Shown here in pieces: positions 58,736-64,000 of a stretch of DNA of 64,000 nt. Below the pieces are notes generated by a model. That model was not told the DNA's origin. It worked only from the letters and a program-made list of their open reading frames with translations, and did not search any database. Location: the NCBI GenBank assembly GCA_965223545.1, contig OZ245006.1:672001-736000 (forward strand). The letters run 5' to 3'. A program made the position numbers and the translations under genes. The DNA comes from Planctomycetota bacterium. Its GTDB lineage: Bacteria > Planctomycetota > UBA1135 > UBA2386. Within the stretch, counting starts at the first letter, position 1, and each line of letters begins with the position of its first letter.

Positions 58736-60049
58736 TCACTTGCCGAGACAGAACGCGGCGAACACCCGATCGAGCACGTCCTCGGGCGACGAGCTCCCGT
58801 CGACCGCGTCGAGCTCCTCTACCGCCTCGCGCAACAGGAGCGCGACGATCTCGGGGGCCTCGCCCGCGGCCAGCGCCGCGCGGGCAGTGCCGACCGCCGC
58901 GCGGCAGCGCTCGAGCAGATCCGCGATGCGGGCCCCCGCGCCCCGATCGCCGCCGGCGTACGCCCCACAGCGCTCCGCCAAGAACCGGCGCAACGCGTCG
59001 ATGCCCGCCCCGGTGTGGGCGCTGACGCGGAACGCCGGCACCCCGGCCGGCACTTCGACCGCCGCGGTCACGTCCGGCATCAGGTCCAGCTTGGTCCCGA
59101 CCCACGCCACCAGTGGAAGCCGCAGCGACGGCAGGGGCGCCGGCGCGGCGAGGTCCACCACCCCGATCGCGCCCGCCGCCTGGCCGGCGGCCTCGTCGCG
59201 CGCATCGATGGCGGCGCGGTCGACGGCGGCGCCGCCGGCGAAGTCGCCGGCCGCGTCGAGCAACACCACCCCGGGGCCGAGCGCGGCCCGCAGCACGTCG
59301 CGGGTGGTGCCCGGCCGCGCCGCCACCGCGTGGCGCGCCGCCGGACACAGCGCGTTGACGAGGGTCGACTTGCCGGCGTTGGCTGCGCCGACCAGCAGCA
59401 GCTCGCCGCCGCTGCGGCCCGCCGGCGCCTGCGCCGACAGCTCTTCCAGAGCACCGGTCACGGCGGCGAGCGCCGCTTCCACCTCGGCCGGTTCGACCGC
59501 GCCGGTCTCGTCCTCGGCGAAGTCGAGGCCCGCCTCGAGCGTCGCCCGGGCATCGTCCAGCCGGCTGCGCACCGCGGCGACCGCCCGCGACAATCCGCCG
59601 GCCAGCACCGCCGCGGCGCGCTCGCCGGCGTCGGCGTCGGCGGCGTGGATCAACTGCAGCACCGCCTCGGCCTGCGCCAGATCCAGCTTGCCGTTCTCGA
59701 ACGCCCGGCGCGTGAACTCCCCCGGCGTCGCGTCGCGCGCCGACCCGCGCAGTAGGGCACAGACCTGCTCGAGCAACAGCGGACTGCCCAGCAGGTGCAG
59801 CTCGACCACGTCCTCGCCGGTGTAGGAGGCCGGCGCCGGCATCACCAGCAGGCGCACCGGCACGGCAAAGCCGAGCACCGAGACCTCCGCTGCGACCACC
59901 CCCCGGCGCCGCTCGAGCGCCGGGCGATCCGGCGACGCGGCCAGCAACCCGGCGACCACTTGCACCGCCGCCGGCCCCGAGACCCGGACGATGCCGCGCG
60001 CCGCTCCGCCGGGCGGCGAGGCGACGGCGAAGATCGTGTCGCCGAGCAT
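58736..60049 (-). CDS. mnmE: tRNA modification GTPase MnmE/TrmE
   Basis: DTIFAVASP, IVRVSGP, SYTGEDVVE, PGEFTRRAFENGKLDLAQAEA, GAANAGKS, PGTTRD, C-terminal FCLGK. Confidence 0.92.
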   Translation of the reverse strand: MLGDTIFAVASPPGGAARGIVRVSGPAAVQVVAGLLAASPDRPALERRRGVVAAEVSVLGFAVPVRLLVMPAPASYTGEDVVELHLLGSPLLLEQVCALLRGSARDATPGEFTRRAFENGKLDLAQAEAVLQLIHAADADAGERAAAVLAGGLSRAVAAVRSRLDDARATLEAGLDFAEDETGAVEPAEVEAALAAVTGALEELSAQAPAGRSGGELLLVGAANAGKSTLVNALCPAARHAVAARPGTTRDVLRAALGPGVVLLDAAGDFAGGAAVDRAAIDARDEAAGQAAGAIGVVDLAAPAPLPSLRLPLVAWVGTKLDLMPDVTAAVEVPAGVPAFRVSAHTGAGIDALRRFLAERCGAYAGGDRGAGARIADLLERCRAAVGTARAALAAGEAPEIVALLLREAVEELDAVDGSSSPEDVLDRVFAAFCLGK

Positions 60050-60098
60050 GACGCGCCGATCTTAGCGAGGTCGCGCCGCGACGCTCGCGCCGCGACCG

Positions 60099-62006
60099 TC
60101 AGAACGTCGGCACCGCCGCGCCGGCCACCGCCGGCGGTGGCCCGAGGATCTTGCGCGTCACCCGCTGCTCGACGATGCCGAACACACTCGAGGTGATCAT
60201 GTAGACCATCAGCCCCGAGGCGTAGTTGTAGAGCATGATGCCGAACAGCACCGGCATGTAGCGCATGATCTTCATCATCTGCCGCTGCTGCGGGTCCTCG
60301 GGCAGCGGCGTGCCGGCCTGCAGCACGAGCCACAGCACGACCATCAGCAACGGCAGCAGGTTGAAGTACGGCACCCAGGGCAGACCCAGCGCGAACAGCT
60401 GATCGGGCTGGCTGAGGTCGTCGATCCAACCGAAGAACGGCTGGTAGCGCAGCTCGTAGGCGATGCGCAGCGCGGTGAACAGGCCGAGGAACACCGGGAT
60501 GGTGATGAACATCGGCAGGCAGCCGCCGATCGGCGGGATCAGCTTGTGCTCGCGCTGGAACGCCGCCATCTCCATCTGCAGCTTCTTGGGATCGTCGCCG
60601 TAGCGCTCCTTGATCTTGTCGAGCTTGGGCTTGAGCACCATCATCTTGGCGCCGTAGGCCCGCATGCTCTTCTGCATGCGGAAGTTGAACGGCACCAGGG
60701 CACCGCGCACCAACAGGGTCATCACCACGATGGCGATGCCCCAGTTGCCGAAGAACGAGTGCAGGTGGCGCAACAGCCAGAGCAAGAACTTGGCCATCGC
60801 CCGCGCGCCGGGGATCTCGCAGGGGCACATCGGCGCCAAATCGACGTCCATCACCGCGTCGAAGCGCGCGTAGGCCGGATCCTCGTCGAACACGCCGCTC
60901 GACTTCGGGCCGAGGTAGAGGTCGTACGACACCGTGGTGCGGCCACCCGGCGCGGGCACCGGCAGCTCGAAGCGGTAGACCGGCACCGGCACCGAGCCGA
61001 AGCCGTGGTCGTCGAGCGGCGCGCGCACCGGGTCGGGCCGCGGCCACAGGTCGCGCTCGACGCGGTAGAGCGCGTGCCGGCTCTCCTCGTCGGCGGGCAC
61101 CAAGAACGCGCCGAAGAAGCGGTTGGTGCTGCCGGCGAAGTCGATGCCGCCCGCCGTCGTGCGCTGCGCCACCGGCCCCTCGATCTGGTCGTGCGGCCGC
61201 TGCACGGCGATCGCGACTTCGCCCTCGGGCGCCGCGCTGGCGCCGATCACGAACGCCGGGTTTTGGCCCAAGACGTGGTCGACGCGCGGGTTGGTGACGC
61301 TGAGCCCGCGCATCGCGAGCAGCAGTGAGGCACCGGCCGGCGTGCGCTCCGTCGCGGCGGACGAGCGCTCCGCCGCGGCTTCGACCGACAGCTCCATCGA
61401 CAGCCCGCGCCAGCCCGGCCGGTGGTGGAACGTCTTGCGCAGGGTCAGGCCGTTGTCGGCATCGACGAGCTGCAGGACGACCTCGCCGTCACCACCAGCG
61501 ACGCGATCCCAACGGCTCTGGTAGGGATCCACGGTGAGCCCACTCTGCCGCTGGAACGCGGTCGGCAGCGAGACGAAGCCACCCTGCACCGGCTGCACGA
61601 GCGGATAGAAGTCCTCTTCGACCCGTTGCTCGACCGGCACCTGACTCGCCTCGAGCGTCGCTGGCTCGTCGAGCAGACGGACCTCGACCACCGATGCGGC
61701 GCGCCGGTCGAACACGACCCGCAGCGCACCCCGCTCGCCCGGTACCCCGAAGTCGTGCGAGAACCGGTTGTCGCCCGCCTGCCCCTCGACGACGGTCGCC
61801 GGCGACAGTGCCCGTCCGCCATTGGCCGGCGCGCCGCCTTCCTGCACCTCGCCGCCACCCGCGGGCGCAGCCTCGCCGGCGCTACTGGCAACGGCTTCGC
61901 CGGCGGGTCCCACCGGCTTGGCGGTCTCGGGCTCCCGCTGAAACAAGAACAGCAGGGGCACGAGGATGAGGAACGGGATCAGAAAGGCAGTCAGTCGACG
62001 TTCCAT
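60099..62006 (-). CDS. yidC: Membrane protein insertase YidC
   Basis: N-terminal TM, periplasmic domain, YLGPK, NWGIAIV, GGCLP, WIDDLS.PD, SGLMVY. Confidence 0.93.
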   Translation of the reverse strand: MERRLTAFLIPFLILVPLLFLFQREPETAKPVGPAGEAVASSAGEAAPAGGGEVQEGGAPANGGRALSPATVVEGQAGDNRFSHDFGVPGERGALRVVFDRRAASVVEVRLLDEPATLEASQVPVEQRVEEDFYPLVQPVQGGFVSLPTAFQRQSGLTVDPYQSRWDRVAGGDGEVVLQLVDADNGLTLRKTFHHRPGWRGLSMELSVEAAAERSSAATERTPAGASLLLAMRGLSVTNPRVDHVLGQNPAFVIGASAAPEGEVAIAVQRPHDQIEGPVAQRTTAGGIDFAGSTNRFFGAFLVPADEESRHALYRVERDLWPRPDPVRAPLDDHGFGSVPVPVYRFELPVPAPGGRTTVSYDLYLGPKSSGVFDEDPAYARFDAVMDVDLAPMCPCEIPGARAMAKFLLWLLRHLHSFFGNWGIAIVVMTLLVRGALVPFNFRMQKSMRAYGAKMMVLKPKLDKIKERYGDDPKKLQMEMAAFQREHKLIPPIGGCLPMFITIPVFLGLFTALRIAYELRYQPFFGWIDDLSQPDQLFALGLPWVPYFNLLPLLMVVLWLVLQAGTPLPEDPQQRQMMKIMRYMPVLFGIMLYNYASGLMVYMITSSVFGIVEQRVTRKILGPPPAVAGAAVPTF

Positions 62007-62045
62007 GGGGCTTGGCGGGCTCCGTTGGGCGCTTCGGTCGCGGCG

Positions 62046-62807
62046 TCAGCGCCCCTGCGCCAATCGGTCGGCGAGATAGTCGGGCAGCGCGGGGATGGCG
62101 CGAATCTTCTCCATGGTGCGCTCGTGGTCGTACGCGACCCGATGGAACTGCACCGCCTCGCCGTCATAGGTGGCGAACGACGCCCGCGGGTCGCCGTCGC
62201 GCGGCTGTCCAACCGAGCCCACGTTGACGATGGCGGCCTCCTCCGCGCGCGTGTAACGGCCACCGAGCTCGTCCGGCCGCTGGTAGCTGCCGTTCTCGGG
62301 GTAGACGCCGGGCACGTGCGAGTGGCCGACGAAGCACAGACGCGCTTCGCCCATCTTGGCAAACCGCGGCCCCATCACCTGCGGGTCGGCGGCGTCCTTG
62401 GGCACGACGTAGTCGCGCACCGGATCGACCGGCGAACCGTGCACGAACAGCACGTCGTCCTCGACCCGCCGCTCCTGCATCTCACCCAGATAGTTCCACA
62501 GCTTCATGTTCTGCGCGCGGGCCCCGTCGACGTCGCGGCGGTTGAGCTCATCGCGCGTCCAGTCGATGGCGGCGCGGGCCTTGGGATTGAAATCCGAGGC
62601 GTAGAACATCGCCCCGTGCTCGTGGTTGCCCAGCAGCGAGAACTCCGCCACGTCGATGATCTGCAGCAGCGTCGCGCGCGGCTCAGGCCCGTAGCCGATC
62701 ACGTCGCCCAGACAGACGATGCGGTCGCAACCGAGGCGGTCGATCTCCGCCAAGCAGGCCTCCAAGGCCTCGGTATTGCTGTGGATGTCCGAGATCAGGG
62801 CGATCAT
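62046..62807 (-). CDS. Metallophosphoesterase (calcineurin-like superfamily)
   Basis: ISDIHSN, CLGDVIGYG, GNHE, HGSP, GHSH, NVGSVGQPRDGDPRA. Confidence 0.9.
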   Translation of the reverse strand: MIALISDIHSNTEALEACLAEIDRLGCDRIVCLGDVIGYGPEPRATLLQIIDVAEFSLLGNHEHGAMFYASDFNPKARAAIDWTRDELNRRDVDGARAQNMKLWNYLGEMQERRVEDDVLFVHGSPVDPVRDYVVPKDAADPQVMGPRFAKMGEARLCFVGHSHVPGVYPENGSYQRPDELGGRYTRAEEAAIVNVGSVGQPRDGDPRASFATYDGEAVQFHRVAYDHERTMEKIRAIPALPDYLADRLAQGR

Positions 62808-62883
62808 GGTGGAAGCCCGTCAAGGTAGCCCTCGCCCTGAGCACGCGGAAGCGACATCATCTGCGCCTGGGGCATTTTTCGCG

Positions 62884-63819
62884 ATGACCGATCCGGAGCC
62901 CGTTTGGGTGCTGACCGGCGCCACCGCAGCGGGCAAGTCCGGGCTGGCGCTGGAGCTCGCGCGGCAGCGCGAGGTCGAGATCCTGTCGATGGATTCGATG
63001 GCCGTGTACCGCGGCATGGACGTCGGCACCGCCAAGCCCAGCGCGGAGGAACGGGCGCGCGTGCCCCACCATCTGCTCGACTTGGTCGAGCCGCACGAGG
63101 AGTTCGACACCAGCCTCTACTGCGAACACGCCGAACGCGCCCTGACGGCGGTGCGCGCGCGGGGCAAACAGCCGCTGTTCGTCGGCGGCACGCCGCTGTA
63201 CCTGATGGCGTTCTTCAAGGGTCTGATGCCCGGCCCGCCGGCGCAACCCGCGCTCCGCGCCGCGCTCGAGGCGCGGGAGGAGGAAGAGCCCGGTTGGCTG
63301 CACGCCGAGCTCTCCAGGGTCGATCCCGAGGCGGCGGCCCGCATCCACCGGCGCGACCGCAAGCGGCTGGTGCGCGCGCTCGAGGTCGTGCGCGTCACCG
63401 GCCAGCCGATTTCGGCGCAGCAGACCTCGTTCTCCCGCCCCGGCTGGCGGCTGCCCTGCCGCGTGGTCGCGGTCGACTGGCCGCGCGAAGCCCTGCACGA
63501 CCGCATTCGGACGCGGACCCGGGCGATGTTGGCCGCCGGTCTGCTCGACGAGACCAAGGCGATCCTCGACCGCGGCGGCTTCTCCAAGCAGGCGGCGGCG
63601 GCGATCGGCTACGCCGAGTGCCTGCAGCTCTTGGCCGGTGCGCTGCGCGACGAGGCCGAGCTGCGCAACCGCATCCGGCGGGCCACCCACCGCCTGGTGC
63701 GCCGGCAGACCACTTGGCTGCGGCATCTCGCCGAAGTGCGGCACGTGTCCAGCGACGCCGGCGCCGGCGCGGTGCTGGCCGCGCTGACCGATCCGGCCTC
63801 CGACTCCGCGCAAGGTTGA
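62884..63819 (+). CDS. miaA: tRNA dimethylallyltransferase
   Basis: GATAAGKS, DSMAVYRGMDVGTAKP, VPHHL.D, VGGT.LY, RLVRALEV, AIGY.E, RRQ.TW. Confidence 0.94.
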   Translation: MTDPEPVWVLTGATAAGKSGLALELARQREVEILSMDSMAVYRGMDVGTAKPSAEERARVPHHLLDLVEPHEEFDTSLYCEHAERALTAVRARGKQPLFVGGTPLYLMAFFKGLMPGPPAQPALRAALEAREEEEPGWLHAELSRVDPEAAARIHRRDRKRLVRALEVVRVTGQPISAQQTSFSRPGWRLPCRVVAVDWPREALHDRIRTRTRAMLAAGLLDETKAILDRGGFSKQAAAAIGYAECLQLLAGALRDEAELRNRIRRATHRLVRRQTTWLRHLAEVRHVSSDAGAGAVLAALTDPASDSAQG

Positions 63820-63900
63820 TCGCGGCGCGCGCGGGCGCCAAAGTGGCGCCCCCCGGGGAGGCGATCCGCGCTCCCCGCGCCGCGAGAACACCCACGCCGC

Positions 63901-64000
63901 ATGATCAAGCGCAAGCTGCCGGTTCTGCTCCCAGCCCTCGCCCTCCTCGCCCTGGCGCCGGCGGCGCGCGCCCAAGAGGAGGTCAGCGGGCCACCGCAGC
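63901..64000 (+). CDS. Start of a secreted protein, truncated by the window edge
   Basis: ATG 63901 gives MIKRKLPVLLPALALLALAPAARA-QEEVSGPPQ, a classic signal peptide with AxA site. Confidence 0.65.
   Translation, partial: MIKRKLPVLLPALALLALAPAARAQEEVSGPPQ

Overview
Very GC-rich bacterial chromosomal DNA, most likely from Planctomycetota. This is inferred from a TIGR02999-type ECF sigma factor paired with a Ser/Thr kinase, a Minf_1886-type protein, a TsaC-LMW-PTP fusion, the homodimeric GlyRS and a second, divergent DnaA. Most of the window is core genome: ctpA-like protease, glyQS, holB, tmk, lpxD, a type II secretion operon (gspDEFG plus three minor pseudopilins), serS, a system II cytochrome c maturation cluster, tatA, sucCD, dcd, an ActP-like symporter, smc, nrdR, mnmE, yidC and miaA. 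An accessory block at about 41.5-51.4 kb holds two convergent secreted SBBP-repeat proteins flanking an ECF/kinase pair and a nucleotidyltransferase pseudogene. The most interesting leads are: (1) a shared ~120-135 aa C-terminal domain on both SBBP proteins that looks like an unnamed sorting or anchoring signal; (2) a DnaA paralog with altered DnaA-box-reading and oligomerisation residues, coupled to tmk-holB; (3) an nrdR / stand-alone ATP-cone / smc operon with an NrdR-box-like palindrome inside its promoter; (4) a tandem-domain lipoprotein heading the Ccs cluster. I saw no rRNA, tRNA, CRISPR array or intact mobile element. All calls come from motif recognition by eye; no searches were run.
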